This document shows, one piece after another, positions 9,565 to 16,777 of a stretch of 24,000 nt of DNA (positions within the stretch are counted from its first letter, which is position 1; each line of letters starts with the position of its first letter). The position numbers were made by a program, and so were the translations under genes. A model generated the notes under the pieces. That model did no database searches and was not told the origin of the DNA. It saw only the letters and a program-made list of their open reading frames with translations. The stretch comes from Gordonia phage RobinSparkles. The DNA lies in sequence record MH479923.1; one strand, 5' to 3'.

Positions 9565-9694
9565 ATTGACACTCTTTCTTAAAGCAGTCGTAGCACTTAC
9601 GAATGAATCTAGGATTCAGTGATCGTTCCACTCCTACGTACATACCCATGCCGCATCGAGAACAGGTGAGACTGATTACAGGGTCTCGGTTCAT
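9476..9694 (-). CDS. small zinc-ribbon-like protein
   Basis: CSRCGMGMYVGVE...CYDCFKK pairs of CxxC. Confidence 0.65.
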   Translation of the reverse strand: MNRDPVISLTCSRCGMGMYVGVERSLNPRFIRKCYDCFKKECQYVYESNRPPGSKLHEADPEWRVQVQSRLL

Positions 9695-10098
9695 GAGTAG
9701 ATTTTCTCTAGAAGATGATCTACAAGTCTATCTCCCCATTTCTGGTACCAATGCTTTTTACCCTCATCTTCTCGTTCACTATTCCACCGTGCATCGTAGA
9801 GCTTATCATACACATGTGTACTGCACAGCTTACTAATTGAACCATCAGTATTTGAATAAATGTAATGGGCATTAAGCTTGCAGCGTGCCTTATCTCGTGC
9901 AGCCTGAACCTGTTCGTCTGTTTTGCTACCCTTCCGATCCTCATACATTGCATAGGACGGCAGCTTTCCAAATTTAAAATGCTCGCACTGCGATTCACCT
10001 AGAAACTCTGCCACACGCGGACAAGAAAGCATTACCTCTTGGCGAGTATTCAGGCGCAAGTAAAATGGTTCAGGAAACTTCTGCTTGAATTTAGTCAC
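9691..10098 (-). CDS. hypothetical protein
   Basis: 135-aa ORF, overlapping junctions. Confidence 0.7.
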   Translation of the reverse strand: MTKFKQKFPEPFYLRLNTRQEVMLSCPRVAEFLGESQCEHFKFGKLPSYAMYEDRKGSKTDEQVQAARDKARCKLNAHYIYSNTDGSISKLCSTHVYDKLYDARWNSEREDEGKKHWYQKWGDRLVDHLLEKIYS

Positions 10099-10292
10099 TA
10101 TGGAATCTCCTTAATATAAATGACAGTCCTATCATCTTCGGAAGTGATGACCATTCCGGTAAACTGGAATTCCTTATCGGTATCAGCATCACGAAAGATT
10201 AGAGGATAAGTTGCAGTACCTTTCTTTCCCCAATGCTTTTGCAAATGGTCGACGAAATTGTGGCCGTGGCTCTTTAGTGTTTGGCGTCCCAT
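10098..10292 (-). CDS. hypothetical protein
   Basis: 64-aa ORF. Confidence 0.65.
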   Translation of the reverse strand: MGRQTLKSHGHNFVDHLQKHWGKKGTATYPLIFRDADTDKEFQFTGMVITSEDDRTVIYIKEIP

Positions 10293-10576
10293 TTATACAT
10301 CATCCCCATTCCTCAGTTCCTCTAGTTCCATTTCAAGGTTCTGAACCTTTTCTTCCAGGTCTTCCACTTCTTTAGCCCATTCGTTATCTAGATCGGTAAT
10401 CTTACCTGCAACATGATTAGCCCAGAAATTTAGGCCGTTATTTTCTTTGTCGATATTTGATACTGGTCTCAGTGGCCTAAAGTATTCCTGCCAGTTCTTT
10501 GCGTCGTCGGTGTCACAGCCTGCCGCCCGAATGCAGCACGGCCTAGCATCTCTAGTTCATCGTTTTGTTCAGGCAT
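10293..10576 (-). CDS. candidate split or frameshifted coding region (coiled-coil C-terminus ...NWQEYFRPLRPVSNIDKENNGLNFWANHVAGKITDLDNEWAKEVEDLEEKVQNLEMELEELRNGDDV)
   Basis: ATG at 10576 opens a 35-aa frame (stop 10469); a longer protein-like frame without its own start overlaps in the -1 frame and ends at 10293. Confidence 0.4.
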
Positions 10577-10778
10577 CTTTACCACTCATTACGTCTTTAA
10601 TTAGGTTCATGACCACAGTCTTGCCGTATATTCGATTCCAGGATACTGCATTCATTCCCCTAGAAAAGGCTGTAACAGCTTTCTTCTGGTGGTCGTCTAG
10701 TTCGATATCTCGCTTTTTAGCTAGAGCAAATACACTATCGGCTAGATCAAACTCTTCTGGATCGGGCAATCTTCCCAT
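10569..10778 (-). CDS. hypothetical protein
   Basis: 69-aa ORF with overlapping junction to ATG at 10576. Confidence 0.6.
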   Translation of the reverse strand: MGRLPDPEEFDLADSVFALAKKRDIELDDHQKKAVTAFSRGMNAVSWNRIYGKTVVMNLIKDVMSGKDA

Positions 10779-11228
10779 TTATTCCTCATCGGGGCAGTAT
10801 GAATTAATTGACGCGGCGACAATATAGATAATCTCATCCTGAGTAAACAAATTGTCAGTATCACTAAGATATAGATCAATCGCTGCCTCGGTACCGGTGG
10901 AATAAGTACCATCATTAAGATCGGTACAAATAGCTCGACCGAAATCAATCATCTCTGATTCAACACCGCCGTATTCAATGGTGACTTCACCGTCAGTAAT
11001 CTCACCGGCATTATCCAGAAGCATAATAAAACGCTCATCGGGAGTGTCTACGCGGGTCTCTTCGGTGGCCGGAACGACATTTGTCGCCGGAGCTTGCGTC
11101 TGGGGGCCGCTACCGCTGCCCTGTGCATAGCCTTCGGAGAAGGCATCGCATCCGGTGAGCATAGCAGCGCCGATAGCGCCGGTAAACAGGGTAGCGATAA
11201 CTCGCGTCTTAATATTAGTCATCTTCAT
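10779..11228 (-). CDS. lipoprotein, DUF732-like
   Basis: Signal peptide with lipobox-like LTGC; C-terminal LLDNAGE...GRAICTDLNDG...AASINSYCPDE resembles DUF732. Start assigned after the GGAAGGA ribosome-binding sequence. Confidence 0.65.
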   Translation of the reverse strand: MKMTNIKTRVIATLFTGAIGAAMLTGCDAFSEGYAQGSGSGPQTQAPATNVVPATEETRVDTPDERFIMLLDNAGEITDGEVTIEYGGVESEMIDFGRAICTDLNDGTYSTGTEAAIDLYLSDTDNLFTQDEIIYIVAASINSYCPDEE

Positions 11229-11433
11229 TAGTTCCTTCCGGGTTATTAGGTACAATAGTAATCTTCAAATCCTGATCCATAAGCGCTTCAATAAGCACCG
11301 CTGGATCATCACTATCTAAATCAAACTTAGCAGCGTCAATATAATTCTTTACCGAGTCCGGGTATCGGTCTTCATTACCGGTATAAAAATCATCGTAGGT
11401 AAATTCAATTGTGACCTTAAGTTCATTAGCCAT
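11215..11433 (-). CDS. hypothetical acidic protein
   Basis: 72-aa ORF. Confidence 0.65.
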   Translation of the reverse strand: MANELKVTIEFTYDDFYTGNEDRYPDSVKNYIDAAKFDLDSDDPAVLIEALMDQDLKITIVPNNPEGTNEDD

Positions 11434-11745
11434 TTATACTTCATCTCCTATTTCAGTGTCTTCATAAGTAGCTTCGCTAACTTCGCGCCATTGTGTACGG
11501 CATTCCCCATCATCGTTACGCTTGACACAATCACGCAAGCGAATTTCCCAACTCTCGGGAGTGGTCTGCCAGATTTGATTATGCGTACACATTCCCTTGC
11601 CGTCACATACCGGCACAAGAATAAGGCTAGTACTTTCCTCGTTGTAACGCTTCTCGATTACTTCGCCATGTTCTACGGAATCACCGCAGGCAGTGACAAT
11701 AACAGCGGCTGTGAATACTAGCGCAATAAGCTTTTTCATACTCAC
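11434..11745 (-). CDS. putative lipoprotein
   Basis: MSMKKLIALVFTAAVIVTACGD: signal peptide plus lipobox. Confidence 0.7.
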   Translation of the reverse strand: MSMKKLIALVFTAAVIVTACGDSVEHGEVIEKRYNEESTSLILVPVCDGKGMCTHNQIWQTTPESWEIRLRDCVKRNDDGECRTQWREVSEATYEDTEIGDEV

Positions 11746-11984
11746 CCCTTCAACTTATTGTATTCAACAGCATGACGCATAGCCAATAGAGCAGCTTCAT
11801 TGCTCTCGAATATAAACTTCTTCTTAGACTTATTTGCAATAATGACATTACCGTATCGGTGCAGTGTGCCATCCTGATTATCAGGAGCCGGTGCGGAATC
11901 ATCCGGCAATCCCATGTCTACAACGCTCTGGGTTGCAGGTACAATAATGCACCGCTGTCCGCAGTAGTAACCACCAGTTTGCAT
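11742..11984 (-). CDS. hypothetical protein
   Basis: 80-aa ORF preceded by ACAGGAGAA ribosome-binding sequence. Confidence 0.65.
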   Translation of the reverse strand: MQTGGYYCGQRCIIVPATQSVVDMGLPDDSAPAPDNQDGTLHRYGNVIIANKSKKKFIFESNEAALLAMRHAVEYNKLKG

Positions 11985-12170
11985 TTCGTTCTCCTGTCTG
12001 TGCGCCTTGCTGATAACTAGACTCTAGACGGTAACCGACACCAATGCAAGGGGGAATTTTTCGCACTGAATGCGACGCTGAGCAGATATGGGGGCCGGGT
12101 GGTGATCTTGTATCCGGCCAGCGTCAGTGCTCTTGAGGATGCTAATGCTCTAGATAATACCGTGCAGAGA

Positions 12171-12216
12171 CAACAAAAGGTCGAATGCATATCCCCTATG
12201 CACCGACCTTTTGTTG
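12171..12216. terminator. strong bidirectional hairpin terminator
   Basis: CAACAAAAGGTCG aa TGCATA tcccc TATGCA c CGACCTTTTGTTG: 13-bp plus 6-bp stem. Confidence 0.8.
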
Positions 12217-12284
12217 CTGCCTAATCAGATTGAAAATCACCCACACAACTAGGAGAACACCATAATCTGATTAGTCAAGTCTTT

Positions 12285-12713
12285 TTATGGTCGCGGTATA
12301 TGAGTCCATGATAATCCGCGACGTATTTTATATATAGCATATTTACTTACTCCGTATTCCTTACCCAATTTAATACCCGATTCATTGGGCCTGGAAAGAA
12401 TATCTATTACTTGCACTTCTGTTAATACGGATGCAGATGCTTTCTCGCCTCTATCAACTTCAAGTATTGTCTTTTCTAGATGACAGGACTTGCAGAGTAC
12501 TTGGCATTTAGCAAGCTCTTTGTTTCTTTTCTCGGCAGACCATGACCACACGGAACTGGTTATCTTTTTTGATCTATCTTTATGGTCTACTTCTAGATTT
12601 TCCCAACTGCCACATTTAACGCATGGTCCATTTTCTTTGAGCCATTCGTTTCTGCGCTTCTTTAACCATTCATTCTGGTATGCGGATCGTTTAATCGGGT
12701 CCTTATATCCCAT
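12285..12713 (-). CDS. HNH endonuclease (possible homing type) with C-terminal HTH-like segment
   Basis: CVKCGSWENLEVDHKDRSKK...CQVLCKSCHLEKT is a canonical HNH motif with zinc Cys pairs; KLGKEYGVSKYAIYKIRRG looks like a helix-turn-helix. Confidence 0.88.
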   Translation of the reverse strand: MGYKDPIKRSAYQNEWLKKRRNEWLKENGPCVKCGSWENLEVDHKDRSKKITSSVWSWSAEKRNKELAKCQVLCKSCHLEKTILEVDRGEKASASVLTEVQVIDILSRPNESGIKLGKEYGVSKYAIYKIRRGLSWTHIPRP

Positions 12714-12729
12714 TTAAATTCCTCCGCTC

Positions 12730-13145
12730 GGTGGACCTGGGGTGAATCGAACACCCGTCCTGTCTTTCTTTGTAATAGCTTCTACGTGCGTAGTTAGTTT
12801 AAACGTGAGACTCAGGCTTGTTACTAACAACCTACCTGAACATCTTTGCCAATTCTTTTTGCTTACACAGTAGTTGTATATTGGCGATAGCTACTGTGCC
12901 TGACTTTTCCTTCTGAGTATGTTATAGACGCCGGAAAAGCGGAGTGCCTATAACCTGATCACGCCTTAGCGAGAACGCTGTCGGCGAGGAATGCCTCGAC
13001 GTCAGCGATGCCAGCGGCAACGTAATCAGCGTCAACATTATCGTCGGCGCTTAATTAGGTGATTCATTCGCTTATGGTGGAAATAGAATCAAACACCAGC
13101 ACGCTTCCAATTACTCTGATCAAACAGTCGAAACCGATCAGGCCC
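12730..13145 (-). ncRNA. ssrA: transfer-messenger RNA (tmRNA)
   Basis: 5' GGGCCTGATCGGTTTCGACTG pairs over 7 bp with 3' CAGGTCC+A, including the G3-U70 alanine identity pair; T arm GGGTG-TTCGATT-CACCC; internal AATTAAGC-GCC reading frame typical of actinobacterial tmRNA. Confidence 0.93.
12959..13048 (-). other. predicted tmRNA tag reading frame (ADDNVDADYVAAGIADVEAFLADSVLAKA, 29 aa)
   Basis: Read from GCC after the TTAAGC element to TGA at 12961-12959. Confidence 0.7.
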
Positions 13146-13172
13146 TTGGTTTTTATTTAATTATAAACTGCG

Positions 13173-13258
13173 TACCCCTGACCGGACTTGAACCGATAAA
13201 GCCATAAAGGCTAGAAGATTTTAAGTCTCCCGCGTATTCCGAATTTCGCCACAGGGGC
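13173..13258 (-). tRNA. tRNA-Leu(UAA)
   Basis: GCCCCTG TG GCG AAATTCGGAATA CGC G GGAGA CTTAAAA TCTTC, long variable arm AGCC/GGCT, T arm ATCGG TTCAAGT CCGGT, 3' CAGGGGT A; 86 nt, no encoded CCA. Confidence 0.88.
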
Positions 13259-13280
13259 TTGCTGTATTTAATTATAAGAG

Positions 13281-13363
13281 TGGAGGCAATAGGATTTGCA
13301 CCTATCCTAGAGAAATTTGTTCTAGTACTAATACCCACTCGCTAAGCGTGATGGTTAACCTCC
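13281..13363 (-). ncRNA. tRNA-like element, possibly degenerate
   Basis: Acceptor-like GGAGGTT/TGCCTCC and T-arm-like ATAGG-TGCAAAT-CCTAT, but no convincing anticodon arm. Confidence 0.35.
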
Positions 13364-13776
13364 CGTATTCCCTCTGTAAAGAGAGAACACGCACCGGATA
13401 TTCAGTTATGAAATGCCTAGATAATTACTCACTTGCGGGGGAGCATGAGTAACACCTAGGAACAATGCACGTGGCTAACTTCTTAACCACGAATCGGCGC
13501 TTGCCTGCCTATTTCGTCAGGGGCTACCATTATTGCTGGCTTTCGTGCAGGATTGCATCTCCACGCTAGTCCTGTCTACTTACCAGGTTCCCGGTTTCTT
13601 TCCCACCGGTAAAGTCAGGTAATGCAGTCTATATCTCTTTGAACCTCGGAGATGTAGGTGTATATAAACCCATTACCACGACGGTGATGGTAGAGGCACC
13701 GATTCCAAAATACTCAATACCATCACCCGCACTGGACCTAACGCCTATTTTATACACGTCCAGTCGTGTTGCCTAA

Positions 13777-14466
13777 TTACTCAGGCGAGTCTGCCTCGTT
13801 GTCATTATCGGTGTCAACAGCAGCCTCGGAATTATCCTCATCCTTCTTGGGCTTGCGGCCCTGTCCGCCGGGACCACGGCCCAACGAGACACGCGCGGCG
13901 CGCTTCAACTCGGGCGAAACATCAGGCTCGTCACCCTCGTAATCGCTCTCGATCCACTGCACGTAGGTAAATGCCGGAGTGAGGTCGGTATCAGCCTCAG
14001 CCTGAACCGCAGCGAAATCGAGTTCGGCATTACCCTGCAACTTAGCAGCGGCAAGCTGGTATGCACGATGCAGCGTAATAAACGTTTCCTTAAGACGCTG
14101 CTCGGGAGTCTTCTTCGGCGCACCCGGACCGCGACCGGTCGTAGCCTTGGACGGAGCAACCGCAGCGTACTTACGGATCAGAATAAGTCGCTTGGATTCG
14201 GCGAACTCATCATCGAGCATTGCCTTTTCGGACTCATCCTTAAGCCACTTACGCGCGGCGCGCTTAGACTTGGGATTAAGGTCACCGTAAGCAACCTTAG
14301 CGACCTTAACAGCATCCGACTTGTCATCCTTGGCGGATTCACTGTCGATGGCCGCAACGGCGGTCTCAAATGCCGAATAATCAACCGGCTCGTTATCCTC
14401 GGTCTCAGCCTCAGGATTGACGGTCTCGTTGGTGACGGTCTCGTTCTCGACAACAGCAGTAGTCAT
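13777..14466 (-). CDS. hypothetical Ala/Lys/Glu-rich protein with repeated GRGPG(A/G) basic motifs, possibly nucleic-acid binding
   Basis: 229 aa; GRGPGAPKKTPEQRLKE and GRGPGGQGRKPKK AT-hook-like segments. Confidence 0.75.
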   Translation of the reverse strand: MTTAVVENETVTNETVNPEAETEDNEPVDYSAFETAVAAIDSESAKDDKSDAVKVAKVAYGDLNPKSKRAARKWLKDESEKAMLDDEFAESKRLILIRKYAAVAPSKATTGRGPGAPKKTPEQRLKETFITLHRAYQLAAAKLQGNAELDFAAVQAEADTDLTPAFTYVQWIESDYEGDEPDVSPELKRAARVSLGRGPGGQGRKPKKDEDNSEAAVDTDNDNEADSPE

Positions 14467-14627
14467 GATGTTCTCTCTTTCGTTGGGAACCTTGTGGTTC
14501 GGTTGTTTGGGTCTTCAATTATGTGAAGCTTGTGCGGCAGAGTCGAGAGTACTTGTTGGTGTCCCGGTGAGTCAAGTTCATCAGAACTTCCGTCTCGACC
14601 CTGCCGCCGTTGTTTTGTTGTGACTAC

Positions 14628-14657
14628 AACCTAGCACGCGGGTTTTCGACTGCGCAA
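14628..14657 (-). promoter_or_regulatory. putative promoter TTGCGC-N18-TAGGTT for the 229-aa gene
   Basis: Sigma70-like hexamers upstream of a long structured leader. Confidence 0.3.
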
Positions 14658-14695
14658 CCCTTTGCCCTAACTTTTTTCTCTTGTCGGGTGCCTAC

Positions 14696-14908
14696 CTAGG
14701 TTTTCCTGCTGAAATGCTTCTCATCCACCATGACCGGGCTACCAGGATTGCATCGTCCGGCCATGCGGCGAGCGTGGCTAGCCTTGGCGTAACCCTCGGA
14801 TGACGTGGACAGGATGAGATGGTTACCGGCCTTACGTACCCACCGCCACTCATTATTCAGTTCACTTTTGTAGACAATAACGTAATCGTTAACTGCCACG
14901 GTTACCAT
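14696..14908 (-). CDS. hypothetical protein
   Basis: 70-aa ORF. Confidence 0.6.
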   Translation of the reverse strand: MVTVAVNDYVIVYKSELNNEWRWVRKAGNHLILSTSSEGYAKASHARRMAGRCNPGSPVMVDEKHFSRKT

Positions 14909-14938
14909 CTTATAAAGCGCTTCGTGCTTGTTTACTCA

Positions 14939-15286
14939 TTATATTTCTCCATTGCTTTTTGTCTGTTCTTCTAGATATTTAATCTGATAATCTCTATGCG
15001 CTCTCCTTGCTTTCTTTAATTCGGCCTTATCGTCTCCTAGCATTCCGAACATGAATGCACATGCAACAGCGGTAAAGATTAATCCAAGAAGAAATGACGG
15101 TATACTTAGTCCGACACCGGCACCATTACTAATTATTTCATGAGCTTCTGTAGTAATGCCAAAGGTAAACCCTGACCATGACAATAATGCAAGAATTACT
15201 GCTGAATATCCTAGTTGCTTATCTTGCCTCACACGATCCTGAGCGTCCTCGATTTCATCGAGCAGTTTATATTCTTTAATTTCCAT
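14939..15286 (-). CDS. membrane protein with C-terminal charged helix
   Basis: 115 aa, two hydrophobic segments. Confidence 0.7.
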   Translation of the reverse strand: MEIKEYKLLDEIEDAQDRVRQDKQLGYSAVILALLSWSGFTFGITTEAHEIISNGAGVGLSIPSFLLGLIFTAVACAFMFGMLGDDKAELKKARRAHRDYQIKYLEEQTKSNGEI

Positions 15287-15289
15287 AAC

Positions 15290-15550
15290 TCACTCCCAAT
15301 CCAGTTCAAACTCAAATGGCTTGACTGCACCTGCGCCGAATCTATCGAAAGCTCTAATAAACTCCCGTACCTCATCGTCTGGCGGGTTTGTTACGTGCAG
15401 ATTCTTTCCTTCATTTGTTTTACCAATTAGTGCAGTATGAAATACGCCAGGTTCTTCAATACCTGCATCTGACATTGCCAAGGCAATAGGGCAAGTATGC
15501 GGCTCACTGATACCTGTACTAATATTTTCCTGAGTGACTGTGATCTTCAT
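15290..15550 (-). CDS. small paralog family member A (MKITVTQENISTG...CPIALAMSDAG)
   Basis: 86 aa from ATG 15550 after AGAAAGGAATAAT; the TTG extension in the track is repeat sequence. Confidence 0.75.
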   Translation of the reverse strand: MKITVTQENISTGISEPHTCPIALAMSDAGIEEPGVFHTALIGKTNEGKNLHVTNPPDDEVREFIRAFDRFGAGAVKPFEFELDWE

Positions 15551-15563
15551 ATTATTCCTTTCT

Positions 15564-15640
15564 AAAAAGCCAGCTTTTATTTGCGCTGTTATTTGAGAGA
15601 CCAAAAAAGCCAGCTTTTATACTCTCTGTTATTTGAAAAG
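15564..15640 (-). repeat. start-associated ~40-bp repeat, 2 tandem copies
   Basis: GCCAGC cores at 15569 and 15609, period 40, directly upstream of the ribosome-binding site of the 15550 start. Confidence 0.9.
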
Positions 15641-15940
15641 GTATGGCACAATATTCCTAGGATTTGTCTCAAACTCTAGTTCATGCCCCTCACGATAGGA
15701 GCCGGGAGACTTAGTGAACTTTCCATACTGAAAAAAGTATACAGCCTTTGCTAGCGCTTTATCTTTCTGGGCAATATCAACCAATAGTCCTGGATTAAGT
15801 TCCGACCACTCCGCTAGTGTCTCAATATCAATACTGGCAGCTTTTGTCGCGCCGGTAATCCATCGAAACAATCTCATATAACGCTGGTCGGTAGAAGGAA
15901 ATCCAGCATAATTACGTAGACTAATCTTCATTGTTGTACC
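15629..15940 (-). CDS. hypothetical protein (MKISLRNYAGFPSTDQRYMRLFRWITG...)
   Basis: ORF 15629..16009; internal MKIS start at about 15931-15940 is plausible. Confidence 0.55.
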   Translation of the reverse strand, partial: GTTMKISLRNYAGFPSTDQRYMRLFRWITGATKAASIDIETLAEWSELNPGLLVDIAQKDKALAKAVYFFQYGKFTKSPGSYREGHELEFETNPRNIVPYLFK

Positions 15941-16187
15941 TTCGCGTTTCAAATTCAAATGGCTCAACAGTTTGACCATCGTCAAATGCTTTAATAAATT
16001 GCTTGGCAATACTAGGCACTGAATAATGATTTAATAGTGCTTGATTATTCTTACCTACTGATATTGCTAATGTAGAAACTTCTACATTAGCAAAGCCTTT
16101 TTCTTTTAGTGCCAATGCAATAGGGCAGTTGCATATTTCCCACGGTTTACCCTTATCAATATGTTCCTGAGTTACTGTTACTTTCAT
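15921..16187 (-). CDS. small paralog family member B (MKVTVTQEHIDKG...CPIALALKEKG)
   Basis: 88 aa; clear similarity to neighbours. Confidence 0.8.
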   Translation of the reverse strand: MKVTVTQEHIDKGKPWEICNCPIALALKEKGFANVEVSTLAISVGKNNQALLNHYSVPSIAKQFIKAFDDGQTVEPFEFETRRYNNED

Positions 16188-16462
16188 CTTTTCCTCATTT
16201 CAAAAGTAAATGGCTTGACTTTCTTGCCGCTGTCAAAATCATTAACGAATTGTTTAGCAGATTTTGGAAGAGTGTATTTTTTCCAATTTACGTCATCGGA
16301 ATTATTGGCTCTTGCTGCCTCCGATTTACTGGTTATGTAGACGCTTTCGTCTGTTACAGATGAAACATAACCCTTATCGTTTATTGCTTCAGCAATGGGA
16401 CAGGCGTAGCTACGGCAAGGTAGACCCTTGTCAATGTGTTTCTGAGTTACTGTTACTCTCAT
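16184..16462 (-). CDS. small paralog family member C (MRVTVTQKHIDKG...CPIAEAINDKG)
   Basis: 92 aa; clear similarity; ATGA overlap with member B. Confidence 0.8.
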   Translation of the reverse strand: MRVTVTQKHIDKGLPCRSYACPIAEAINDKGYVSSVTDESVYITSKSEAARANNSDDVNWKKYTLPKSAKQFVNDFDSGKKVKPFTFEMRKR

Positions 16463-16564
16463 TATTTTCTCCCTCGAATGGATTGGGCAATGGGTTAAAC
16501 GCTTGCATTGCTTTCAGTGCTAGTTGTGTTGGGATAAATAGTGCAGCTTTTAGGAAAAAAGACA

Positions 16565-16762
16565 CTACCGTCTCCTTTTATTCTTCTTAAGTTGTGGAGC
16601 CTTTTTCTCTGTGATTATTTGAACAAGGCATTCCGGTGAGCAGACTGTTTCACTTGGCCCAAGGATAGGATGTCTTTCTAGATTATCTTCTACCTTAATT
16701 TTAATTGTGAATTCCCATTGCACTTCTTTGCCACAATTGTCACAAAAGAATTTAATAGCCAT
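16565..16762 (-). CDS. small zinc-finger-like protein (MAIKFFCDNCGKEVQWEF...CSPECL)
   Basis: 65 aa with CxxC...CxxxC. Confidence 0.75.
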   Translation of the reverse strand: MAIKFFCDNCGKEVQWEFTIKIKVEDNLERHPILGPSETVCSPECLVQIITEKKAPQLKKNKRRR

Positions 16763-16777
16763 AATTTCTCACCTTCT

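Noticed and set aside
10742-10948. 68-aa minus ORF MISVELFVPILMM...
   Set aside because: Alternate frame inside the well-supported DUF732-like lipoprotein gene.
13153-13338. 61-aa minus ORF
   Set aside because: It lies over the tRNA-Leu and the tRNA-like element and is an artefact of RNA gene sequence.
13683-13727. Second tRNA candidate around the GGTGATGGTA/TACCATCACC hairpin
   Set aside because: There is a strong stem but no D, anticodon or T arm geometry; treated as part of the structured non-coding tract.
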